Of a stretch of 37,203 nt of DNA, positions 1 through 8,868 are shown one piece after another. Below the pieces are notes generated by a model. The model searched no databases. It saw only the letters and a list, made by a program, of their open reading frames with translations, and was not told the DNA's origin. How positions within the stretch are numbered: position 1 is the stretch's first letter; each line of letters starts with the position of its first letter. Source of the stretch: Lacipirellulaceae bacterium (GTDB lineage: Bacteria; Planctomycetota; Planctomycetia; Pirellulales; Lacipirellulaceae); assembly GCA_036271295.1 (NCBI GenBank), contig DATBAY010000533.1:1-37203 (forward strand), in the 5' to 3' direction. The position numbers were made by a program, and so were the translations under genes.

Positions 1-1364
1 AGCAGATGCAGCATCGTCGCTTGCAGATCATGAACGTGGACCGGGTTTTCGGTGATATTGTAGCTAAAGTCGTCGGTCGCACCATAAGTCATGCCGGGCC
101 GAACACCCGCGCCCGCCAGCCAAATCGAGAAGCACCGTGGGTGATGGTCGCGACCGTAGTTGGTGGCTGTTAGTGCGCCTTGCGAATAAACGGTGCGCCC
201 GAATTCGCCACCCCAGACGAGGAGCGTGTCATCGAGCAGGCCGCGTTGTTTAAGATCTTGAACGAGCGCCGCCGATGGTTGATCGGTAGCCGAGCACTGC
301 TTTGCGATGTTGACCGGCAATTCGTTGTGCTGATCCCAACCCATGTGGAAGAGCTGCACGAAGCGCACATCGCGTTCGATAAGCCGACGAGCGAGCAGGC
401 AATTGCGAGCATACGTACCAGGCTTGCGAACTTCGGGACCGTACATGTTGAGAATGTGCTCCGGTTCGCCGGAGATATCAGTCAGCTCGGGCACGGCGGC
501 CTGCATGCGAAACGCCAGCTCGTACTGCGAAATTCGTGTTTGGATTTCGGGATCACCGATGCTGGAAAAACTATCCTGATTGAGCGCCGAAAGGTCATCG
601 AGCATGTCGCGGCGCATCCCGCGATCGCACCCGGCCGGGTTCGCTAAATAGAGCACCGGGTCATTTCCGCCACGAAGCTTGACGCCCTGATACTGCGTAG
701 GCAAAAAGCCGCTTCCCCACAACCGGTCGTACAGCGGTTGATCGGCCGCGCGCGTGGGGTCTTTGGAAATCATCACCACGAATGCCGGCAAGTCTTCATT
801 CAGCTTGCCCAGGCCGTAGGCGACCCAAGCCCCCGCACTCGGCCGGCCAGCAAGCTGCGAACCCGTTTGAAAGAACGTGACCGCGGGATCGTGGTTGATC
901 GCCTCGGTGAACATCGAACGGACGATGCACAAATCATCGGCGATGCGGGCGGTGTGCGGAAGCAAATCTGAAATCCACGCACCTTGCTGACCGTGCTGGT
1001 GGAATGGAAAGATCGACGACGCCATCGGAAATGAAGACTGCCCCGAGGTCATCGTTGTGAGCCGCTGCCCCATGCGGACCGACGCCGGCAGCTCCTGGCC
1101 ACGCAAATCATTCAGCTTCGGCTTGTAATCAAGCGTTTCGAACTGGGACGGCGCTCCCGACTGAAACAAATACACGACCCGTTTGGCTTTGGGTTGAAAG
1201 TGAGGTTGCCGCGCCAGTTGGGCTGGTGCGGAAGTGCCCGGTGCAGACGCCGCCTTTGCCGGCACGCCGACAAGCGAACTCAGCGCGAGCCCGCCAAGAC
1301 CAGTGCTCGACCCTTTCAAAAAATGTCGCCGATTCAAAATCTGAGCTGCTTCAACGGCGTCCAT
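1..1364 (-). CDS. DUF1501 family protein (sulfatase/alkaline-phosphatase-like) with Tat-type signal; C-terminus cut by the window edge
   Basis: Absent from the ORF track because it runs off the window. Hand translation of the minus strand from the ATG at 1364 gives [30 protein letters not shown]... (twin-arginine RRHFLKG). The frame stays open to base 1 and ends ...[12 protein letters not shown]. It is colinear with the complete DUF1501 paralogs at 24062-25495 and 28774-30240 (for example ...HVHDLHATILHQLG). Confidence 0.9.
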   Translation of the reverse strand, partial: MDAVEAAQILNRRHFLKGSSTGLGGLALSSLVGVPAKAASAPGTSAPAQLARQPHFQPKAKRVVYLFQSGAPSQFETLDYKPKLNDLRGQELPASVRMGQRLTTMTSGQSSFPMASSIFPFHQHGQQGAWISDLLPHTARIADDLCIVRSMFTEAINHDPAVTFFQTGSQLAGRPSAGAWVAYGLGKLNEDLPAFVVMISKDPTRAADQPLYDRLWGSGFLPTQYQGVKLRGGNDPVLYLANPAGCDRGMRRDMLDDLSALNQDSFSSIGDPEIQTRISQYELAFRMQAAVPELTDISGEPEHILNMYGPEVRKPGTYARNCLLARRLIERDVRFVQLFHMGWDQHNELPVNIAKQCSATDQPSAALVQDLKQRGLLDDTLLVWGGEFGRTVYSQGALTATNYGRDHHPRCFSIWLAGAGVRPGMTYGATDDFSYNITENPVHVHDLQATMLHL

Positions 1365-1399
1365 AATCAACTCTCTCTGCGCAGGCAGGCTTTTTCGGA

Positions 1400-4300
1400 T
1401 TAATCCTTCGAGATCGCCTCGTCCATATTCAGCAGTATACTGGCGACCGCCGTGTGGGCTGCTAAATCGCATGTATCAAGCGACTTGTTTCGCGGGGATT
1501 CCCCCTGACTAATAAACTGTTCCGCCGAAGCGGGCGATTGGCGATACCGGTCCAAGTAATTCTGCAGACTAGCCCGAAGCGTCGTGAGCTCGCTCGAAGT
1601 CGGCGTTCGGCTCGTGGCGAGGCGGAATGCAAACGAGAGCTGCGAATCTGCCGAATTACCGCCCTCGGTCAGCATTCGCTCGGCCAGCTTTCTCGCCGCC
1701 TCGGTGTACGTTACATCGTTCAACAGCGCGAGTGCCTGAAGCGGTGTATTGGTTCGCGCACGTTTGACTTGGCAAATCTCCCAACTTGGGGCATCAAACG
1801 TAGCCATCGAAGGATGCGGAACCGTTCGCTTTCGATACGTGTACAAACTACGGCGATAAAGATCGGCGCCGTGCCCTTGGGTGTAGTCGTCGTGAGCGCC
1901 GCCGGCGAGCTCTTCCCACAAACCGGCCGGTTGATAGGGCATGACGGACGGACCGCCGATCTTGTCAACCAGCAAGCCACTCACAGCGAGCGCATCATCG
2001 CGCAGAGCTTCAGCCGGCAGACGATATCGCGGCCCCCGCGCAAGCAATCGATTTTCCGGATCACGATGGTATTCCTCCGGCGTCGCTTCGGCGCGTTGCT
2101 GGTAAGTGTTGCTCAGCACGATCAGCCGCTGAATGTGCTGCAAATCCCATCCGGATTGAACTAGTTCGGTGGCGAGCCAATCCAACAGCTCGGGGTGCGA
2201 AGGTGGCTCCGACTGTGCGCCGAAATTGTCCGACGTTTTCACGAGCCCAACCCCGAAATGCTGCTGCCACAATCGGTTTACAATGACTCGCGCCGTGAGA
2301 GGGTTCTCGGGACTTACAAGCCACTGCGCAAGTCCCAGCCGATTGCGAGGTGCATCCACCGGCAGCGGAGGCAGGACCGCGGGCACGTCTGGTTGAACTT
2401 CGTGATCCTTTTCCGGGTGATCGTATTGGCCGCGATGCAGAACGTACGTTGGTCGCCGCTCCTTACGCTCCTCCATCACCATGGCCATGGGAATTGCGGC
2501 ATTGTATTTCGCGCGTTCCTCTTGAACCGTTTGTAAGGCGTGCTGAATTTCGCGGCCCTTCACAGCAAACGGGTCATCGGACACGGCCAGTAGCAACTTA
2601 TCGAGCTGGTCTAGCATCGTCTTGGCTAGCCCATCAGGTTTGATGCTTTTCAGTTCGCGACGCAACGATGCCTGGAACAATGATTGCGATTCTGTCGGGC
2701 TCAGCGTGTGTTGGAAAAGCGTCACCTCGGCTACGGCGGCATGCAGCGGGCTATCGGCCGAACGCTGGCCAATCCGGAACGGTTGATCGGTCGCAGTCGA
2801 GCCCTTGAGCTTGTCCGCTTCGACTTCGACATTTTGTTTTTCGCCATTCACATAGAGCGCGATGCCCGCGGCTTTGCCGGAGCCGTCGTAGGTCGCCACA
2901 ACGTGCGACCATTCGTCGGCCGGCAGCGGCCGCGCGGTGAGCACTTTCATCGCGTTCGACGGCCAATCGACGATAATGTGCATTCCGACTTTATGATCGG
3001 CGAAGAGCGTGAGGTCACAACCGCGCGATCGCCGGGCACTGTCCATCCTGGATAGGATCGTGCCGGCGCCCTTTGGCTTGACCCACACGGCCCAGCTAAA
3101 CGGTTTATCTGCTGCTGGGAAATCAATGCCGGCGTAATCCAAGTGCTGCTTGCCCTCAAAGACCGGTGAGTCGCCGAATAAATCTGCTTCCCACTTCGGC
3201 GCGACCGATTTAGCATCCACGGCGACGACGCCGTTCGTTACCGCTACGTGAGCTATCGTGTCCGTCACTTTTTGTAAATCGATTCGAACAGCTTCCCCCG
3301 GTTCGTTTTGCGGCCGCGATTTCAGGAAGGCGTCCAACCAAGGCTGACGGTGTTTTTCTATATCTGCGTTGTGCTCGGCGAGCTCCTTGTTCAGGCCGGC
3401 AATCTTCGCATCGAATTCGGCCAGCTTCTTTTCGTTCTCTGGGGTCTCTGCCTTTACGACCGGCGGCACATTTCCGCGCGTCTCGGTGTAAACGCCCTTC
3501 TCGTTCACATTCCCGAAAAATGCGAACAGCTGATAAAACTCCTTCTGCGAAATCGGATCGAACTTGTGGTCATGGCATCGTGCGCAACCCACGGTTAAAC
3601 CCAGGAAGACAGTCCCCGTCGTTTCGACTCGGTCGACGACATTCTCCACGAACCACTCGTCCTCAATCGAGCCGGCTTCGGTTACTGTCCGGTGATTGCG
3701 GTTGAATCCTGTCGCGATTTGCTGCGCGAGCGTGTGGTTCGGCAATAGATCGCCCGCAATCTGGTCGACGACGAAATCGTTGTAGCGCATGTGCTCGTTG
3801 AAAGCATTGATAACCCAATCTCGCCATGGCGACATATTGCGGGAAAAATCGTTCTGGTAGCCGTTCGAATCGGCGAACCGCGCGCCATCCAGCCAATCGG
3901 TCGCCATCCGTTCGCCGTAATGAGGCGAGTTCAACAATCGGTCGACGATTCTTTCGTAGGCGTCAGGGGCGTCATCGGCAAGAAAGGCGTCGATCTCCGG
4001 AATCGACGGCGGCAGACCGATCAAATCGAAGTACAGTCGGCGAATCAGTCGTTCCTTGGTAGCACGCGGGGCGGGCTCGGTTCCCTCTACTTCCAGCCGT
4101 GCGATCACGAAATTATCGATCGGGTTTTGAACCAGATCAGATCGCTTGACGCTCGGCACATCGGGCCGCACCGGGGCGACGAACGCCCAATGCTTTTCAT
4201 ACTTCGCCCCTTGTTCGATCCAGCGCTGCAGTAAAGTGCGCTCCGCGTCGGAAAGTACCTTCTCGCTATCCGGCGGCGGCATCATCTCATCGGAATCTTT

Positions 4301-4585
4301 CGACATGATCCGATGGATGAGTTCGCTATCCGCCGGCTTGCCAGGCACAATCGCCTTCGCACCGGAATCCAGCTCACTCACTGCGGCATCTGGCCGGTCG
4401 AGCCGCAAGCCGGCTTTGCGACTGGCAGAGTCGGGGCCGTGGCATTTAAAGCAGCGATCGGAGAGGATCGGTAGGATATCGTGCCGATAGCCGACTTTGG
4501 CTTCTTCGGCTGGCGCCAAGCGTGCGCAGAGCACGATACCCGCAAATGCAAGGACAACTAAACGTGGCCGAGAACCCACGGTCAT
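1400..4585 (-). CDS. Secreted PSCyt1 / DUF1549 / LamG-like / DUF1553 (PSD1) multidomain protein with two CXXCH motifs
   Basis: 1061-aa ORF with an N-terminal hydrophobic signal. CFKCH (4439-4453) sits in the planctomycete cytochrome-c context [16 protein letters not shown]. An internal CARCH (3572-3586) sits in [12 protein letters not shown] central LamG/concanavalin-like stretch lies at about 2666-3193 (...[12 protein letters not shown]...LYVNGEK...). The C-terminal part is DUF1553-like ([40 protein letters not shown]). The stop is 35 nt upstream of the DUF1501 ATG. Confidence 0.9.
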   Translation of the reverse strand: MTVGSRPRLVVLAFAGIVLCARLAPAEEAKVGYRHDILPILSDRCFKCHGPDSASRKAGLRLDRPDAAVSELDSGAKAIVPGKPADSELIHRIMSKDSDEMMPPPDSEKVLSDAERTLLQRWIEQGAKYEKHWAFVAPVRPDVPSVKRSDLVQNPIDNFVIARLEVEGTEPAPRATKERLIRRLYFDLIGLPPSIPEIDAFLADDAPDAYERIVDRLLNSPHYGERMATDWLDGARFADSNGYQNDFSRNMSPWRDWVINAFNEHMRYNDFVVDQIAGDLLPNHTLAQQIATGFNRNHRTVTEAGSIEDEWFVENVVDRVETTGTVFLGLTVGCARCHDHKFDPISQKEFYQLFAFFGNVNEKGVYTETRGNVPPVVKAETPENEKKLAEFDAKIAGLNKELAEHNADIEKHRQPWLDAFLKSRPQNEPGEAVRIDLQKVTDTIAHVAVTNGVVAVDAKSVAPKWEADLFGDSPVFEGKQHLDYAGIDFPAADKPFSWAVWVKPKGAGTILSRMDSARRSRGCDLTLFADHKVGMHIIVDWPSNAMKVLTARPLPADEWSHVVATYDGSGKAAGIALYVNGEKQNVEVEADKLKGSTATDQPFRIGQRSADSPLHAAVAEVTLFQHTLSPTESQSLFQASLRRELKSIKPDGLAKTMLDQLDKLLLAVSDDPFAVKGREIQHALQTVQEERAKYNAAIPMAMVMEERKERRPTYVLHRGQYDHPEKDHEVQPDVPAVLPPLPVDAPRNRLGLAQWLVSPENPLTARVIVNRLWQQHFGVGLVKTSDNFGAQSEPPSHPELLDWLATELVQSGWDLQHIQRLIVLSNTYQQRAEATPEEYHRDPENRLLARGPRYRLPAEALRDDALAVSGLLVDKIGGPSVMPYQPAGLWEELAGGAHDDYTQGHGADLYRRSLYTYRKRTVPHPSMATFDAPSWEICQVKRARTNTPLQALALLNDVTYTEAARKLAERMLTEGGNSADSQLSFAFRLATSRTPTSSELTTLRASLQNYLDRYRQSPASAEQFISQGESPRNKSLDTCDLAAHTAVASILLNMDEAISKD

Positions 4586-4737
4586 GACTACCGCCGTACA
4601 ATGATCGGACCGCCCGAAGTGGAGCTCGATAAAAGGGCCCGACTCTCGGATTAATTGTAGTAGCAGGCGGGCCGTGGCTCCACCTCCGCCACGATGTCGC
4701 CTGCGGCAGGCCTAAACTGCGACGAAAGAAGAAGACC

Positions 4738-5223
4738 GTGCTAAATCGTTCGTCGGCAACTGTTCACGCCTATCCGATTGGGGCCGTATTCTCGCTCCTA
4801 TCCATCGCTATTTGCGTGTTATTAGCGGCCCTCTGGGTGCGAAGTTTTTGGTTGGAGGATCAGTTCGTCGTATATGCGACCAGTCAACGCTTTGTTGGAA
4901 TCGGGACCGCACCGGGAGGAGTCGATTTGGTTGTGGGAACCAAAAGCCGCTTTCCTCCGCGGGTCCGAGTCGTACAGTCGCAAGAAAAGGTAATTCATAC
5001 GCTCGCGAATATGGGGATAGCCTACCCGTCAAGGGTTTGGGCAAGATTTTATTTCGGTGCGGGCATACTCATCGTTCCGATTTGGTTTCTGATTCTCCTC
5101 TTCGCACTCGTTGCCGCAATACCCTGGGTACGATGGCTACGACGGCTTGGCGTGCGTACATTACTGCTTGCCGCCACGCTCATCGCGAGCGCGGTAGCTA
5201 CGATCTTCGCATTAAGTCGCTAG
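4738..5223 (+). CDS. Hypothetical small integral membrane protein
   Basis: 161-aa ORF with GTG start and several hydrophobic helices (AVFSLLSIAICVLLAALWV, ILIVPIWFLILLFALVAAIPWV, LLLAATLIASAVATIFAL). I recognise no family. The overlapping ORF 4812-5273 in another frame is Arg/Ser-rich and looks non-coding. Confidence 0.5.
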   Translation: MLNRSSATVHAYPIGAVFSLLSIAICVLLAALWVRSFWLEDQFVVYATSQRFVGIGTAPGGVDLVVGTKSRFPPRVRVVQSQEKVIHTLANMGIAYPSRVWARFYFGAGILIVPIWFLILLFALVAAIPWVRWLRRLGVRTLLLAATLIASAVATIFALSR

Positions 5224-5265
5224 TTGACCGGCACCGCGAATCATCGCTCGAGGCATTAGGCATCG

Positions 5266-6714
5266 TTGATTGAGCATCGTTCAGAGCTGAACGTAGCGCG
5301 GCACACTCGTGCCCAGGGGCTCGATGCGCTGCGTGGCCTGGCGATTCTCGCAATGTTGCTATCCGGCCAGCTTCCATTCGGTGAGAACTCGCTGCCGGCG
5401 TTCATGTACCATGCACAGGTGCCGCCACCCAAGCATGTGTTCAATGGCGATCTGCCCGGCATCACCTGGGTAGATTTGGTATTTCCACTCTTTCTATTCG
5501 CAATGGGGGCCGCGATTCCGCTCGCGCTGACAAGGCGAATTGAGCGCGATGAAAGCGGCTGGAAAATCCTTAGGTTCATTTTGGAGCGCGGACTCCTCCT
5601 TGCCTTTTTCGCGCTGTATGTGCAAGCGATCCGGCCAGGCACGATTAGCGATCATCCGACGGCGGCGACGCAGCTCATCGGCCTGCTAGGATTCGCGCTG
5701 CTGTTTCCGATCTTTACGCGGGTGCCGGAGGGGTGGCCAAGATCCTTACGATTGTCCATCCGGTTGGTTGGGTGGAGTGGCGCAATCGCGCTACTCACAC
5801 TGCTCCGGTATCCCGATGGCGGAGGTTTCTCGCTCTATCGCAGCGATATCATTATCGTTGTGCTGGCGAACATGGCAGTCTTTGGGTCGCTTTGCTGGTG
5901 GGCAACGCGGAGCAACCTGCTACTGCGATTAGGAATTCTGGGCGTGCTGCTCGCGATCCGTCTCTCGAACATGCCGACCGCCACGCCGGGCTGGGTCAAT
6001 GACCTCTGGATGTGGTCTCCGGCGAAATGGATCTATCAACTTTACTACTGCCAATACTTGTTCATCGTGATCCCTGGGACCGTAGTCGGAGATATGCTGC
6101 TAGCCTGGATGAAAGGTGATTCCACGTTGCAAAGACGTAGTTGGTCGTGTTCTCGGCTGGCGAGCATCACTGCACTGATGCTCGTTATCGTCGGAGTAGA
6201 ACTCGTCGGACTCTACGCACGTTGGCTTTGGTCGACGACTCTCATGACGTTCACGCTGTGCGGCTGCGGCACTTGGCTGATGCGAAATCCGGTAGATGAT
6301 ACCGAGAAATTGTTTCAATCTCTCTTTCATTGGGCGATCTACTGGCTCGTCTTGGGAATGTTCTTCGAGCCGTATGAAGGGGGCATCAAGAAAGACCATC
6401 CGACGCTGAGCTATTATTTCGTTACGACCGGCTTGGCTATCTGCCTACTGATTGCTTTTACTGTCGTTCTGGACGTATTGAACTATCGACGCTGGGCGGT
6501 GCTCCTGATCGACAACGGCCAGAATCCAATGATCGCTTACGCAGGAATCAACAACTTAGTGTTGCCGATTCTCGCGCTGACATCGCTCGACACGCTGCTA
6601 TCTAACTTCGCCAAGTCGCCCTGGGCCGGCTTTGCGAATGGACTCTTGATCACACTGCTCGTCGCAGTCGCCGTGAGTTTCTGCACCCGGCGGAAAATCT
6701 TTTGGCGAAGCTGA
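5266..6714 (+). CDS. Polytopic membrane protein, acyltransferase-3 / DUF1624 / DUF5009-like (heparan-alpha-glucosaminide N-acetyltransferase-like)
   Basis: 482-aa ORF (TTG start in the track) with many hydrophobic helices. The N-terminal motif GLDALRGLAILAMLLSG is typical of this acyltransferase superfamily. The assignment rests on this motif plus topology only. Confidence 0.6.
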   Translation: MIEHRSELNVARHTRAQGLDALRGLAILAMLLSGQLPFGENSLPAFMYHAQVPPPKHVFNGDLPGITWVDLVFPLFLFAMGAAIPLALTRRIERDESGWKILRFILERGLLLAFFALYVQAIRPGTISDHPTAATQLIGLLGFALLFPIFTRVPEGWPRSLRLSIRLVGWSGAIALLTLLRYPDGGGFSLYRSDIIIVVLANMAVFGSLCWWATRSNLLLRLGILGVLLAIRLSNMPTATPGWVNDLWMWSPAKWIYQLYYCQYLFIVIPGTVVGDMLLAWMKGDSTLQRRSWSCSRLASITALMLVIVGVELVGLYARWLWSTTLMTFTLCGCGTWLMRNPVDDTEKLFQSLFHWAIYWLVLGMFFEPYEGGIKKDHPTLSYYFVTTGLAICLLIAFTVVLDVLNYRRWAVLLIDNGQNPMIAYAGINNLVLPILALTSLDTLLSNFAKSPWAGFANGLLITLLVAVAVSFCTRRKIFWRS

Positions 6715-6728
6715 GGCTCCCCAAAGAC

Positions 6729-8726
6729 TCATTGAGCAGGTGCGGCCATCACATTCACTCGCAACTGCGAAATCGCCTGCGGCGAGTGATAGACGCGCTC
6801 GGTTGCCTTCTGAAAATCCTTTTCACTTGCCTGATTGATATCGCAAAACGTTTGTGGATTGCGATCCACCAGCGGGAACCAAGAACTCTGAACCTGGATC
6901 ATGATCCGGTGCCCGCGGCGGAAGGTATGGAAAACGTCGGGCATCGTCCAATTCACCGCGGCGGTTTCGCCTGGGGTGAATGGTTCTGGCTTTTCGAAGC
7001 TGTTGCGGAATTTGCCGCGCATCGGTTCGCCACGCACTAGCTGCTGGTAGCCGCCCAATTGGATGTTGGCAGGATTTGGATCGGGATTGGGAAAGTCGCC
7101 CGAATACACGTCGATCAGCTTCACGACAAAATCGGAATCTGTTCCCGAGGTGGAGACTTGCAGCTCAGCCGTCAATGGCCCGGCAAGCGTAACGTTTTCA
7201 GTGAGCTCATCGGTTTGATAAACGAGCACGTCTGGGCGCGACGACGCAAACCGTTGATCGTCGTCCATATATTCAGTCGTGCGGTGCAGCGCAATGTTCG
7301 GGATATATGGCACTGGTTTGGCGGGGTCGCTCACATACTCGTCGAATGTGATTGCTTCCGCATCTGTTGGCGCATCAAATGAAAGTCGGCCACCAGCATG
7401 CAGATAAAGCGACTTTTCGCTCGTATTCTTTGGCGGCCAAGAATCGAAACGCCGCCATTGGTTGGCGCCGGTTTCGAATACGTTGGCCTCAGAAAGGTTG
7501 AACTTTACCGCTTTCACGCCATCAGCGTTCTTGCCCTCGTCAGCCGATTTTTCACTCTTGTCAGCGTCTTTTTCGTCTCCCTTTAGGAAATGCTTGAGGA
7601 ACGGAAGCTCAAAATGTTCGCGATAATACTCCGCGGTCTTGGCATCGAACGCAACGTTACCCAGGTGATCCGCATCGGGACTCGACCATTGGCCATGCGA
7701 CCACGGGCCCATTACGAGAACATTGTAGATTCCAGGATTCTGGTTTTCGGTATCGCGGTAGGTCTTGAGTGTGCCATACAGGTCTTCCGCGTCGTACCAG
7801 CCGCCAACGACCATCACGGCGGCATGCACATTCTTTAAATGCGGACAATCGGTACGGGCCCGCCACCATGCGTCGTAATTTGGGTGGGCCATGATGTCAT
7901 TCCAAAACGGCACTTTACCGTGGAAAAACTTTTTATCGGCGTTAGCGACGGAACCTAGGTTGAGATAAAACTCGTAGCCATTGGGCGTCTTGTAATCGAA
8001 CTCTTTGAGCTTGTCGCGCTTTGGATCTTCGAGCTTTTGCTCGAAGTTGACGAGATAGCCAAATGTGTCGTTGAGAAAAAGCGCGCCGTTGTGATGGACG
8101 TCATCTCCCATGAACCAATCGCCCACTGGTGCTTGTGGCGACACGCACTTGAGCGCCGGGTGCGAGTCGATCATGCCGCACGCCGCGTAGAATCCAGGAT
8201 AAGAAATGCCCATCATGCCGACACGACCGTTGTTATTCGGCACATGTTTCACGAGCCAATCGATCGTGTCGTAGGCGTCGGTGGATTCGTCGGTATCTTT
8301 GGGGCCAGCGTGCTTATCGAGAATCGGCCGCACGTGCACAAACGTACCTTCGGAGGCGTACCTTCCGCGCACGTCCTGCTGGGCGAAGATGAACTTTTCT
8401 TTCGCATAGTAATTCAACGGTCCGCGCGGAGTCGGGCGCACATCTTCGCCATATGGCTTGAGCGAGTATGGCGTGCGCGTGAGCACAATCGGATACTTTT
8501 GGTCGTTGCTCTTAGGAATGTACATGGCCGTGAAAAGATGCACGCCGTCTCGCATCGGTATGTTGTATTCGTACTTGGTATAGTGCTCCTGCAAATAGGC
8601 GAGCTCAGGGGAAACTGCTGCCTTCGCGGGAACCACCGCAAATAGAGCGGCAGTGAAAACAAATAAGGTTGGCGCCCAAGCGAAATAAGGCGGCGGCGAC
8701 TTCGCTCGTCGTGATCGCGTAATCAT
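6729..8726 (-). CDS. CocE/NonD family hydrolase (peptidase S15, X-Pro dipeptidyl-peptidase-like), secreted
   Basis: 665-aa ORF with a signal peptide (...LFAVVPAKAAV). Family-typical strings are TRTPYS, GISYPGFY (GxSYxG nucleophile elbow) and GPWSHG, and there is a long C-terminal beta-rich domain. Confidence 0.85.
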   Translation of the reverse strand: MITRSRRAKSPPPYFAWAPTLFVFTAALFAVVPAKAAVSPELAYLQEHYTKYEYNIPMRDGVHLFTAMYIPKSNDQKYPIVLTRTPYSLKPYGEDVRPTPRGPLNYYAKEKFIFAQQDVRGRYASEGTFVHVRPILDKHAGPKDTDESTDAYDTIDWLVKHVPNNNGRVGMMGISYPGFYAACGMIDSHPALKCVSPQAPVGDWFMGDDVHHNGALFLNDTFGYLVNFEQKLEDPKRDKLKEFDYKTPNGYEFYLNLGSVANADKKFFHGKVPFWNDIMAHPNYDAWWRARTDCPHLKNVHAAVMVVGGWYDAEDLYGTLKTYRDTENQNPGIYNVLVMGPWSHGQWSSPDADHLGNVAFDAKTAEYYREHFELPFLKHFLKGDEKDADKSEKSADEGKNADGVKAVKFNLSEANVFETGANQWRRFDSWPPKNTSEKSLYLHAGGRLSFDAPTDAEAITFDEYVSDPAKPVPYIPNIALHRTTEYMDDDQRFASSRPDVLVYQTDELTENVTLAGPLTAELQVSTSGTDSDFVVKLIDVYSGDFPNPDPNPANIQLGGYQQLVRGEPMRGKFRNSFEKPEPFTPGETAAVNWTMPDVFHTFRRGHRIMIQVQSSWFPLVDRNPQTFCDINQASEKDFQKATERVYHSPQAISQLRVNVMAAPAQ

Positions 8727-8868
8727 CGAGTTTGTTCCATTGGTCCTGTTGCCACTTCCAGCCGATGGGTTCAGCTTAATCTCGAATCGCTCGGAGCACC
8801 AATTCTGACGTCGACCGGAGCGAATTGCGCCGCCCGCAATTGTGCAGTGAATAAATTAGCGCGTTCGC

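Noticed and set aside
8823-8841. Hairpin AATTGCG-CCGCC-CGCAATT downstream of the glycosidase stop, considered as an intrinsic terminator
   Set aside because: It has only a 7-bp stem and no U-tract follows on the transcribed (minus) strand. It cannot be told apart from a chance palindrome.
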